Shown: positions 48,966 through 56,693, counted from the stretch's first letter. The stretch: 64,000 bases of DNA from a virus (IMGVR_UViG_3300021185_001145:19591-83590), one strand, 5' to 3'. A program made the numbers and translations. Notes: generated by a model not told the origin, from the sequence alone.

Positions 48966-50120
48966 ATGAATATTCGCCTTAAGAGTTTGGTGTATGGTGT
49001 CTTCCTAACGGCAGTGGTGTCTACTGGTGCGTATGGTCAAGAGACTATCACAACAGATAATACCAATACGAATACTACAAATGTAACTAGTACAACCGAT
49101 AACACGAATGTTAATACTAACACTAATACTAATACAAACACCAATAATAACACTACAAATTATACTGGTGTGAATACGAACACAAATACAAACACCAATA
49201 ATAATACTACAAATTATACTGGTGTAAATACGAACACAAATAATAATAACAATGTTAGTACATCTACTAACACAAATACGAATAACAATATCCTTTCTGG
49301 TGGTACTAACAATACCAACACAAATTCAAATACAAACATTAATACCAGCACAAGTGATATTACTTCAACTAGCAATAATACTAATACTAACAACAACACA
49401 AATAATACAACTGTGAATGAAACTTCTGATGCTACAATAAACTCAACATCAAATAATACAAACAACAATACGAATACTAACAACAACACAAGTGATATTA
49501 CTTCGAACAATACGAATAGTAACACTAACAATAATACTAATGATACTACTGTTGAGAGTACATCAAACAACACAAATAACAACACCAACAACAATAATAA
49601 CAATAACACTTCGAAAATTGAGCAAGAAATTAAGTCTCCACCTCCTAGTGCTATTGCGCCAAACGTAAGTGCAAACAATATGGACTTATGTACTACTGGT
49701 ATTTCTGGTGCTGTTCAAACACAGATTTTAGGTATTGCTGGTGGTACTACTATTAGAGATATGAACTGTGAACGATTAAAGTTATCTAAAACCTTATACG
49801 ATATGGGTATGAAAGTTGCCGCGGTTTCCGTGATGTGTCAAGATGAACGTGTCTTTGGCGCAATGGAAATGGCAGGAACACCTTGTCCGTTTATGGGTGA
49901 CATTGGTGAAGAAGCATCTGCCGCTTGGGCGATGATGCCAGAACTTCGTCCTGACGCTGATGAACATAGAGCAAGACAAGAGTATATTGAAGATGTGAAG
50001 CAAGCAATTCAAGAGGGCAAAGATACTACAGAAATCGAAATGAGGAAACCAATTGATGTTAATACGAAGTCATTCCTGGGTGGCTTGGGCGTTGGCGCTT
50101 TGTTGCTTCTTCTTCTCTAA
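48966..50120 (+). CDS. Secreted/membrane-anchored Asn/Thr-rich protein with Cys-containing C-terminal domain
   Basis: Signal peptide ending AYG; about 190-aa N/T low-complexity region; PPPSAIAP domain with 4 Cys; hydrophobic C-terminus. Confidence 0.75.
   Translation: MNIRLKSLVYGVFLTAVVSTGAYGQETITTDNTNTNTTNVTSTTDNTNVNTNTNTNTNTNNNTTNYTGVNTNTNTNTNNNTTNYTGVNTNTNNNNNVSTSTNTNTNNNILSGGTNNTNTNSNTNINTSTSDITSTSNNTNTNNNTNNTTVNETSDATINSTSNNTNNNTNTNNNTSDITSNNTNSNTNNNTNDTTVESTSNNTNNNTNNNNNNNTSKIEQEIKSPPPSAIAPNVSANNMDLCTTGISGAVQTQILGIAGGTTIRDMNCERLKLSKTLYDMGMKVAAVSVMCQDERVFGAMEMAGTPCPFMGDIGEEASAAWAMMPELRPDADEHRARQEYIEDVKQAIQEGKDTTEIEMRKPIDVNTKSFLGGLGVGALLLLLL
49131..49238 (+). repeat. 54-bp tandem duplication in the N/T-rich gene
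   Basis: NTNTNNNTTNYTGVNTNT x2, nearly identical DNA. Confidence 0.75.
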
Positions 50121-52182
50121 TACAGCCCACGCACAAAATTATAATGACCATACATTCGGTCACGATGTTGATTATTATAAAGACACTCTGTTAGATACAT
50201 TTCAAGATTATGACTTGACTGACTGGCAGTGGTTTCCTGGCACAGGCGAGAACGATGGTGATACAACAAACGACCATTTCTGTTTTCCTGTGTATACGGG
50301 TACTGGCTATGAAATCTGGTATGGGCAAAACGGTTCGCAATCTTGCGGCTGGTGGGGTGATGTAAGAACACAATATCAAGATGCAACGTATAAAGATTTC
50401 TTTGCAGACTTAGGTTCTGTTACGGTGGATTGTTCAAACGAATTGAATGACCCATCTTGTCCTGGGTACCAAGAAGCACACTTCAATTATATGTGTAGTA
50501 CAAATCCTCTCTACGACCAGAACTGCCCTGGTTATCAGCAAGCATATTACGACCAGCAATGTTCTGCAAATCCTTTATATGACCAGAACTGCCCTGGTTA
50601 TTCAACTGCATATTACAATCAGCAATGTGAACAGAACCCTCTACATGATAGCGGGTGTCCGGGTTATCAACAAGCATATTACGAACAGCAATGTTCTGCC
50701 GATGCATTGTATGACCAAAACTGTCCTGGGTACCAAGAAGCATATTACACAAATCAATGTAGTGCAGACCCATTATATGATAGTGGGTGTCAAGGCTACC
50801 AAGAAGCATATGCAAAACAAATGAACGAACAAAAGCAAGATGACGGAAGTGGTGTTGACGATGGTACAGATGACGGTGTTCCTGCAAATGACGGTAGCGA
50901 TATTGACGCTTTTATAGAACCTCAACAGACGGCAGACAATAAACAACAAACACAAGGTTTTGACGATGGGTCAGATGATGGTTCGTCTTCAGGAGACATG
51001 GGCGACACTGGTTCTGGTGCTTTGAAAGAAGATGAGAAAGTAGTTGAGCAACAGCAAGTTCAACAGCAAGAGACTGTTATTGAAGAAGCAAAGCCTGAAG
51101 TTATTGAACAGCAAATTATTGTTGAGCAAAAACTTGAAGTTGAACAAGAGCAAGAACAACAACAAGTATTGGTAGAAGTAGAAAAGCAGATTGAAGAAAT
51201 TGTAGAACAATCTGCTCCACCAACAGAAGTAGTAAATGAAACATCTGTACTTGAAGAAGCAAACTCACTTGACCTTGATAGTATGTCTCCATTGCAAGTA
51301 ATCAAAACATTAAACAGTCTTGGCGTTCTTGGTAATAGTGCAACAAACGGTGTTGGAGACCCAACTGGATTGAGTGATAGTATTGAAGGTACTGGCGGTA
51401 CAATATCTGCTACTGGTCAAACTCAAATACCAGGTACATCTGCAACAAGCAATTCTTCATCTGGTGATATGAGTAGTGGGTCAATGTCAATGGGTGATGA
51501 CGGAAGCGATATGGGTATGGGTCAGCAAAATATGAATACTGGCGCAGTAGCAGACACTAGTAGCGGAATGTCTCAAGACGGTTCTGACTTTGGTGGTGAT
51601 ACTGCAACAACAGATACTACAGGTTTACCGCAAACTCAATATGGGTTTGGAACTGTAAATAGACAACCTGAAGTTGGGGACAATGGCATTACGAATTTAG
51701 AAGCAGATATGGGATTGAACATTAATCCTCTATTTGATAATCCAGCATTATCTTCTGGCGTATCAGAGATTGCTGGACTACAAGAAGAAAGATACTCGAC
51801 ACTAGCAAGCAGAATTATTAGAGACAGAATACAAAAATTAGTTGAAGTCGATAATCAAGTAGATGCTTCAAGTGTTGAAGATGCTGAAGATTTAGTTCAA
51901 CAATCTATAGAACAGTCTATCGAAAATAAGATGGATGAACTTATGGTTGATGCTAATGTTAATCAAGCAGAGATTATAACTTTGATGGGTGTTAATATTG
52001 GGTTTAGTGAATATGAAAAAGAACAGTTGGCAAACCCAGACCTCTATAAAGACCAAGAATTCTACATAGATAAGAACATCCCACAAAACAGAAGTGCTTT
52101 ACGAAACGGTTTAGCACAACAGATATTGCATGACAAAATGGTTGATATGCAATATGAAAAAATGAACGAGGAGAAAGAATAA
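50056..52182 (+). CDS. Secreted protein with Cys-rich repeats and acidic linkers
   Basis: Signal peptide ending AHA; six C-x8/9-C-(P/Q)GY repeats; overlaps upstream gene. Confidence 0.75.
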   Translation: MLIRSHSWVAWALALCCFFFSNTAHAQNYNDHTFGHDVDYYKDTLLDTFQDYDLTDWQWFPGTGENDGDTTNDHFCFPVYTGTGYEIWYGQNGSQSCGWWGDVRTQYQDATYKDFFADLGSVTVDCSNELNDPSCPGYQEAHFNYMCSTNPLYDQNCPGYQQAYYDQQCSANPLYDQNCPGYSTAYYNQQCEQNPLHDSGCPGYQQAYYEQQCSADALYDQNCPGYQEAYYTNQCSADPLYDSGCQGYQEAYAKQMNEQKQDDGSGVDDGTDDGVPANDGSDIDAFIEPQQTADNKQQTQGFDDGSDDGSSSGDMGDTGSGALKEDEKVVEQQQVQQQETVIEEAKPEVIEQQIIVEQKLEVEQEQEQQQVLVEVEKQIEEIVEQSAPPTEVVNETSVLEEANSLDLDSMSPLQVIKTLNSLGVLGNSATNGVGDPTGLSDSIEGTGGTISATGQTQIPGTSATSNSSSGDMSSGSMSMGDDGSDMGMGQQNMNTGAVADTSSGMSQDGSDFGGDTATTDTTGLPQTQYGFGTVNRQPEVGDNGITNLEADMGLNINPLFDNPALSSGVSEIAGLQEERYSTLASRIIRDRIQKLVEVDNQVDASSVEDAEDLVQQSIEQSIENKMDELMVDANVNQAEIITLMGVNIGFSEYEKEQLANPDLYKDQEFYIDKNIPQNRSALRNGLAQQILHDKMVDMQYEKMNEEKE
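50431..50823 (+). repeat. Six ~66-bp (22-aa) repeats C-x2-NPLYD-x2-CPGYQ-x-AYY-x-QQ
   Basis: Visible directly in the translation. Confidence 0.85.
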
Positions 52183-52209
52183 CTTCATACTAGTGAGAGA
52201 GGAACAGTT

Positions 52210-52392
52210 ATGATAGACAAAGATATCTTGGATATTATCGGCGAGAATGGACCACTTATGCGTTGCGCCCGTGATGAACCAAAAATCAAATTACTTAGAC
52301 ACAGAGGCAAGATGATGGTTTCTGAAGAACATAGAAATTCATCGTGGAACGCTTTTAAAAAAGCACAAAAACTTTCAGAGGGAGAAACATAA
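52210..52392 (+). CDS. Hypothetical protein
   Basis: GAGAGGA SD; abuts next gene. Confidence 0.55.
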   Translation: MIDKDILDIIGENGPLMRCARDEPKIKLLRHRGKMMVSEEHRNSSWNAFKKAQKLSEGET

Positions 52393-52725
52393 ATGACCGA
52401 TAAAAAAACAATTGATGCAGATGCAGTAGAAGGTATTGACGCAAACGGAGACGGACACATTTCTAAAGCAGAAATGGAAATGCACCTAGAGTTCAAAAGA
52501 AAAGCACTAGAAGATGCAGACGCAATGCGTGATGCTCAAAGAAATATGGCGTGGTTCGCATTGTTCGGTATGTTGCTGTATCCGTTTGCTGTTGTAATAG
52601 CAAGTCTGTTAGGATTACAAACCGCCGCCGATACTTTAGGTGATATGGCTCCAACATATTTTGTTTCAGTAGCGGCAATCGTTGCGGCTTTCTATGCTAA
52701 AGAAGCAGTTGGCGCAAAGAAGTAA
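52393..52725 (+). CDS. EF-hand, 2-TM membrane protein (holin candidate)
   Basis: DANGDGHISKAE EF-hand loop; two hydrophobic helices; basic C-terminus. Confidence 0.65.
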   Translation: MTDKKTIDADAVEGIDANGDGHISKAEMEMHLEFKRKALEDADAMRDAQRNMAWFALFGMLLYPFAVVIASLLGLQTAADTLGDMAPTYFVSVAAIVAAFYAKEAVGAKK

Positions 52726-52737
52726 TCGGAGATACTT

Positions 52738-53505
52738 ATGGTAGATTTACTCAGTAATTGCCATCGCATGGCTGTGCTTGCTCAAGCGGCATATCTTGAT
52801 AAAACAGATGGTACAAAAAAGTTTAAAAGTTTAGGTTATTCGACAGTGAGACTTATAGATATTGATGGCGCTCAAGTTTTTGTGCTATCAAACAAAGATG
52901 AAATGGTTCTCGCTTTCAGAGGTACTGAACCAACACAAATGTCAGACTTGGCGGCAGACTTGAATGCTATTCCTGATAGAGGTAAAGTTGGTGGCTTTGT
53001 TCATAACGGATTTCAAACTGAAGTTGAGAAAGTTTGGAAGAAGTTGCAACTAGCAGTCAAAAAGAAACCTGAAGATAAACCGTTGTTTATTACTGGTCAC
53101 TCTTTGGGTGGGGCGATGGCAACTATTGTCGCAAGTCGTATGTCAAAGACAGTTACATGCTTGTACACATACGGTTCTCCAAGAGTTGGGAGTAGGAAAT
53201 TTGTTCAAAAAATTAATTGTAATCACTATCGCCATGTTAATAATAATGATGCTGTTACAACAGTACCATTCGCATTATTGGGTTACAGACACCACACTAA
53301 AGCACGATACATCAATCACTATGGAAATATTAGACCCATTACCAAGTGGCAACGCTTCAAAGACAAACTCCGTGGTAGATGGGCAGCCATAAAGAATTTT
53401 CAATTCTTTGACGGTTTCAGAGACCACAGCATGGTTCATTATGTAAGATGTACAGAATGTAAGTCTGATAATAACTGTGGAGGAGACTGCCAATGTGGGA
53501 AATGA
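52738..53505 (+). CDS. Class 3 lipase (alpha/beta hydrolase)
   Basis: FRGTE, VHNGF, TGHSLGG, YTYGSPRVG, NNNDAVTTVP, DHSM. Confidence 0.93.
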   Translation: MVDLLSNCHRMAVLAQAAYLDKTDGTKKFKSLGYSTVRLIDIDGAQVFVLSNKDEMVLAFRGTEPTQMSDLAADLNAIPDRGKVGGFVHNGFQTEVEKVWKKLQLAVKKKPEDKPLFITGHSLGGAMATIVASRMSKTVTCLYTYGSPRVGSRKFVQKINCNHYRHVNNNDAVTTVPFALLGYRHHTKARYINHYGNIRPITKWQRFKDKLRGRWAAIKNFQFFDGFRDHSMVHYVRCTECKSDNNCGGDCQCGK

Positions 53506-53774
53506 TTGAGCAAATGGCGGGCGACCGTCTTTGGATTTATACTAGCATTGCAGGTTCAATACTCGGTGCGGCATTCTTGTTCTGGTTTAAAGATACGAGA
53601 ATGGCGACCTGGGGTGTATTGAAGTTTGACGCTTTACTTGAACACTTAGCAATACGTTGGGGTTGGACTTGGTTACAGAATGACCCGAATGCGTGGCGTG
53701 TGAAGTACCCAAAGATTACTGCTAAGATTGATGAGATTGAAGACAGACTAAATAAACTGGAGAAGAAAAAATGA
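53493..53774 (+). CDS. Membrane protein
   Basis: N-terminal hydrophobic helix, Trp-rich, short coiled coil. Confidence 0.65.
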   Translation: MWEMIEQMAGDRLWIYTSIAGSILGAAFLFWFKDTRMATWGVLKFDALLEHLAIRWGWTWLQNDPNAWRVKYPKITAKIDEIEDRLNKLEKKK

Positions 53775-53926
53775 TTAATTGGTTGACAAAAAGAATGACA
53801 GAACGTACATCACTTGATGGTGCTGTTCTAATCGCAACTGGCATTGCTATGATATTGGTGCCAGTAGACTTAATCGCATACGCCGCTATCTTTTATGGCG
53901 CATGGACTATTTGGAAAGCAGAATAA
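53771..53926 (+). CDS. Small hydrophobic protein (51 aa, not in ORF track)
   Basis: MINWLTKRMTERTSLDGAVLIATGIAMILVPVDLIAYAAIFYGAWTIWKAE; ATGA and TAATG couplings. Confidence 0.7.
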   Translation: MINWLTKRMTERTSLDGAVLIATGIAMILVPVDLIAYAAIFYGAWTIWKAE

Positions 53927-53944
53927 TGGAAAGCAGAATAATGG
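53912..53944 (+). repeat. 15-bp perfect tandem duplication at gene junction
   Basis: TGGAAAGCAGAATAA x2 plus TGG. Confidence 0.85.
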
Positions 53945-54516
53945 TAGGCAAGAACTTAGGCGAAAGCCTCGAAAACGTAGATGCAAAAGTTGAAGAACTA
54001 AAGAGCAAAGAGTTTCGTGTACTCGGTGTAAAGGTTTCTTTTGTGTCCATTAGCGCACTAGCGGCAGTCTTAGGTTCAGTAATTGGAGCATTGTACTTTG
54101 GATTTACAATGTACCAAAAGATTGAAGAAGTTGCAAACCTAGATGTTGGTGCATTCGAACAACGCATGGAAGTCATTGAAGTAAAACTTGATGATGCTAT
54201 CGACTATACGAGAGATATCAAATCAGGTTTGCGTGACGATATTCTTGCACTAGAAAAGCAAGTAGACAGGTCAGAAGATATGGTCCGTGAGAGTGAAGGC
54301 AAAATGCTTGACATGATACAGAATGCAGAAGAACGTTTTGAAAATAAACGTGACGCATTGCAGAATGATTATGATGATAAAGCAAATCGTTTGCGTGATG
54401 CTAATCAGCAACGCATGGATGACTTGACTGCCAGAATGGAACGAGAACTTAAAGACCTAGAAGATAGACTTAATAAAAAGTTGCAGAGAGCGTTAGATAA
54501 TCCACTTGCAAACTAG
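53926..54516 (+). CDS. Single-TM protein with long coiled coil
   Basis: Hydrophobic VSFVSISALAAVLGSVIGALYFGF followed by heptad-rich region; start 53926 or 53941. Confidence 0.7.
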   Translation: MESRIMVGKNLGESLENVDAKVEELKSKEFRVLGVKVSFVSISALAAVLGSVIGALYFGFTMYQKIEEVANLDVGAFEQRMEVIEVKLDDAIDYTRDIKSGLRDDILALEKQVDRSEDMVRESEGKMLDMIQNAEERFENKRDALQNDYDDKANRLRDANQQRMDDLTARMERELKDLEDRLNKKLQRALDNPLAN

Positions 54517-55015
54517 TAGCAGACTTTTTGTAGGCGCACTAGCACTGGGCGGATGTGCTTCCAGCCCAGTGTTTGATATGCGTATGCCAGACAAAAGTAT
54601 AGATTTACTCTCATCATCCATCGTATATGTTGGACTTGAGGAACGGGCAAATAGAGATGAGTTGAAAGAGTTTATAGGTATAGACCCAGTTTATACTGAG
54701 TGGTGTGCGGCATTTGTCAATGCTGTACTTGAAGAAACTAACAACGAAAGTCTAAACACTATTGGTTATGAGTATCCTCTAACTGCAAAAGGATTTTTAC
54801 ATTGGGGGAAAGAAGTTGCTGTGCCTGTGGCTGGAGATATCGTTATATTCCCAAGAGGCAATGCTGGTTGGCAGGGTCATGTAGGAATATTCGTAGAACA
54901 TCGAACTATTGATGGTAAAGAATACTATATGATTTTAGGTGGCAACCAAGATGACAAAGTTTCAATTAAACCTTACTTGGCGGCAAGTCGTTTAGGGATT
55001 AGAAGAATGGAATAA
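54506..55015 (+). CDS. CHAP/NlpC-P60-type peptidoglycan hydrolase lipoprotein (TIGR02594-like)
   Basis: Lipobox-like LGGC; WCAAFVN catalytic Cys; GHVGIF His; LGGNQ. Confidence 0.85.
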   Translation: MQTSSRLFVGALALGGCASSPVFDMRMPDKSIDLLSSSIVYVGLEERANRDELKEFIGIDPVYTEWCAAFVNAVLEETNNESLNTIGYEYPLTAKGFLHWGKEVAVPVAGDIVIFPRGNAGWQGHVGIFVEHRTIDGKEYYMILGGNQDDKVSIKPYLAASRLGIRRME

Positions 55016-55068
55016 TGGGCGGCAGTAATTGCTCTTACCTCTGTATAATTAAGACCCATTAAAATTTA

Positions 55069-55290
55069 TTAGTCTTTCTTCGCTACGAAAGAATACATCT
55101 CTTTCGCTTTCGCCATAAGTTCATCCATCGAATACATTTGACACATTTCTTGTGCTTCTTCGATAGTCTTCTTACCTTGCTCAACTGCTTTTTCTGCAAA
55201 GTGCATATTCATATGAACTTGTTGGTCCATATATTCTTTTGCAAGTTGCATCATCTCTGAGCGAATTTCGAACGGATTTTTATTAGACAT
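55069..55290 (-). CDS. Hypothetical protein
   Basis: MSNKNPFEIR...LAKEYM...AKEMYSFV; strong AAAGGAG SD. Confidence 0.75.
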   Translation of the reverse strand: MSNKNPFEIRSEMMQLAKEYMDQQVHMNMHFAEKAVEQGKKTIEEAQEMCQMYSMDELMAKAKEMYSFVAKKD

Positions 55291-55379
55291 AGTTTTCTCC
55301 TTTGTGTCTGTGTGTGTTACAGACTAACCGTTGGTCTGCGCGGATGTATTACGGCATCACCCGTATTATATATGCGGAC

Positions 55380-55559
55380 TTAACCGCTAACATAATCCTT
55401 CTTCGGTCTGTACCAAACCTTCTGATGATATATCTTCGCCAAAAGTTCTTGTACATTTTTCTTGTCTTCTGTACAGTGACTAACTTGATAATGCAACAAA
55501 GCATTTTCTATCATAGCAATATCTTCTACAGACAAGTTAAATTTAGTGTTTGGTTTCAT
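55380..55559 (-). CDS. Hypothetical protein (59 aa, not in ORF track)
   Basis: MKPNTKFNLSVEDIAMIENAL...LAKIYHQKVWYRPKKDYVSG; ATGA overlap with pseudoazurin stop. Confidence 0.7.
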   Translation of the reverse strand: MKPNTKFNLSVEDIAMIENALLHYQVSHCTEDKKNVQELLAKIYHQKVWYRPKKDYVSG

Positions 55560-55993
55560 TGCAGTTGTGAAAGCAACTCAGCAAGTTTCTTCTTTGACTT
55601 GCCACGAACTTTTGCACCTTTAATTGCATCAACACCTTCTTGTGTCAACGACAACTCACCTACTACTACAAGCGCAATCATGCCCATGCTTTTGTGTGGC
55701 GTACACTGATACAAATATACGCCTGGCGTGTCAAATGCATATGTGAATTCTTTTGATAGTTTCGATTTCTTTGGTGCTTTCCAACCATCTGGTCCTGCAA
55801 TGAATTCTACATTGTGTCCCTTTGATGTTGGTAGCCATGTGATTGAATCCCCTACTTCGATGCGTGAGATATCTTCTGAGTAGACCATCTTTGCTCCGTC
55901 ATCACGCTTGTTCAGCATATCGACAGAAATATCTTCTGCAAACGCATTCGTTGCAAAAAATGAAATGATTAGTGGAACGATTAAATTCTTCAT
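55556..55993 (-). CDS. paz: Pseudoazurin (periplasmic blue copper protein)
   Basis: Signal peptide ending AFA; MLNK..GAKMVY, GHNVEF, YQCTPHKSMGM with all four type-1 Cu ligands. Confidence 0.93.
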   Translation of the reverse strand: MKNLIVPLIISFFATNAFAEDISVDMLNKRDDGAKMVYSEDISRIEVGDSITWLPTSKGHNVEFIAGPDGWKAPKKSKLSKEFTYAFDTPGVYLYQCTPHKSMGMIALVVVGELSLTQEGVDAIKGAKVRGKSKKKLAELLSQLQ

Positions 55994-56027
55994 GTGTTAG
56001 CATCCTTGCTGTGTGTGTTATAATAAA

Positions 56028-56331
56028 AGTGCAGACTGCTTCTGTTGCCAAGTGCAGTCTGCGAAACTCCGTCACTTATCTCTAAGCGGCAAGTGCCATT
56101 TCTGGCATATAGTTATCGTTTGCAACTATAGTTTTTTGACCGAATAACGTAGGTCAGCACGACAATCTACTCGCCACTACAAACACCTGTCGAACCTATT
56201 TCACCCCCATCATAAACACATTACCCGCTTTATCAGATACGTTCCACACTCAAGTGGAGTAATGTGTTTATGGTGGAGGTGCCGGGTATCGCACCCGGGT
56301 CCAGATATCATTCGTCTTGTATCAACGATTG
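56028..56331 (-). ncRNA. ssrA: Two-piece (circularly permuted) tmRNA, tag (A)ANDNYMPEMALAA
   Basis: Acceptor piece ends ...GGACCCGGGTGCGATACCCGGCACCTCCACCA (56271); 62-nt intervening segment; coding piece starts GGGGGTGAAATAGGTTCGAC (56208); G3-U70 pair; tag frame 56123-56082. Confidence 0.95.
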
Positions 56332-56336
56332 CAACT

Positions 56337-56344
56337 TATTTATA
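56337..56344 (-). promoter_or_regulatory. Late promoter immediately upstream of tmRNA
   Basis: TATAAATA overlapping the upstream gene's stop codon. Confidence 0.75.
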
Positions 56345-56693
56345 AGTCACTACCTCTAGGCGCTGGCATAAAGTTTTCACCAGCAAGCATAATACATGCT
56401 TTATTGTCTTTGATAATATCAGCGACAAAGGTAAAAGATTGCGAGTTAGGGTTTACATATAGAAACATCTGTACATCTATCTTTCCACCACTAATATGCA
56501 TTATCACACCTTCGCCTACTGCTAGAGGTAACTCTTCATAATCTCCTTGTATGTTCGCATGAACAACTTCTTTTAATCCGCAGGCTTGAACAGTCTGCAA
56601 AAATACTACTGGTCTATCTTGTGCATTAGACGGCGATATACCCAGGAACAACATCGTCAAACTTGTGACGAATACTTTCTGTAATCTGGTCAT
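56340..56693 (-). CDS. Secreted hypothetical protein
   Basis: Start revised to MTRLQKVF (AAGGA SD); signal peptide; two Cys. Confidence 0.65.
   Translation of the reverse strand: MTRLQKVFVTSLTMLFLGISPSNAQDRPVVFLQTVQACGLKEVVHANIQGDYEELPLAVGEGVIMHISGGKIDVQMFLYVNPNSQSFTFVADIIKDNKACIMLAGENFMPAPRGSDL

Noticed and set aside
49060-50823. Tandem repeats as a CRISPR array or DGR
   Set aside because: Repeats are in-frame coding units with synonymous variation and no unique spacers; no cas or reverse transcriptase gene
55302-55709. 135-aa + strand ORF
   Set aside because: Overlaps the better-supported pseudoazurin and 59-aa genes on the - strand
56271-56300. tRNA-like T-arm plus CCA read as a tRNA gene or attP
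   Set aside because: No anticodon arm; its 5' partner lies downstream with a tag frame, so it is the permuted tmRNA; no integrase in the window
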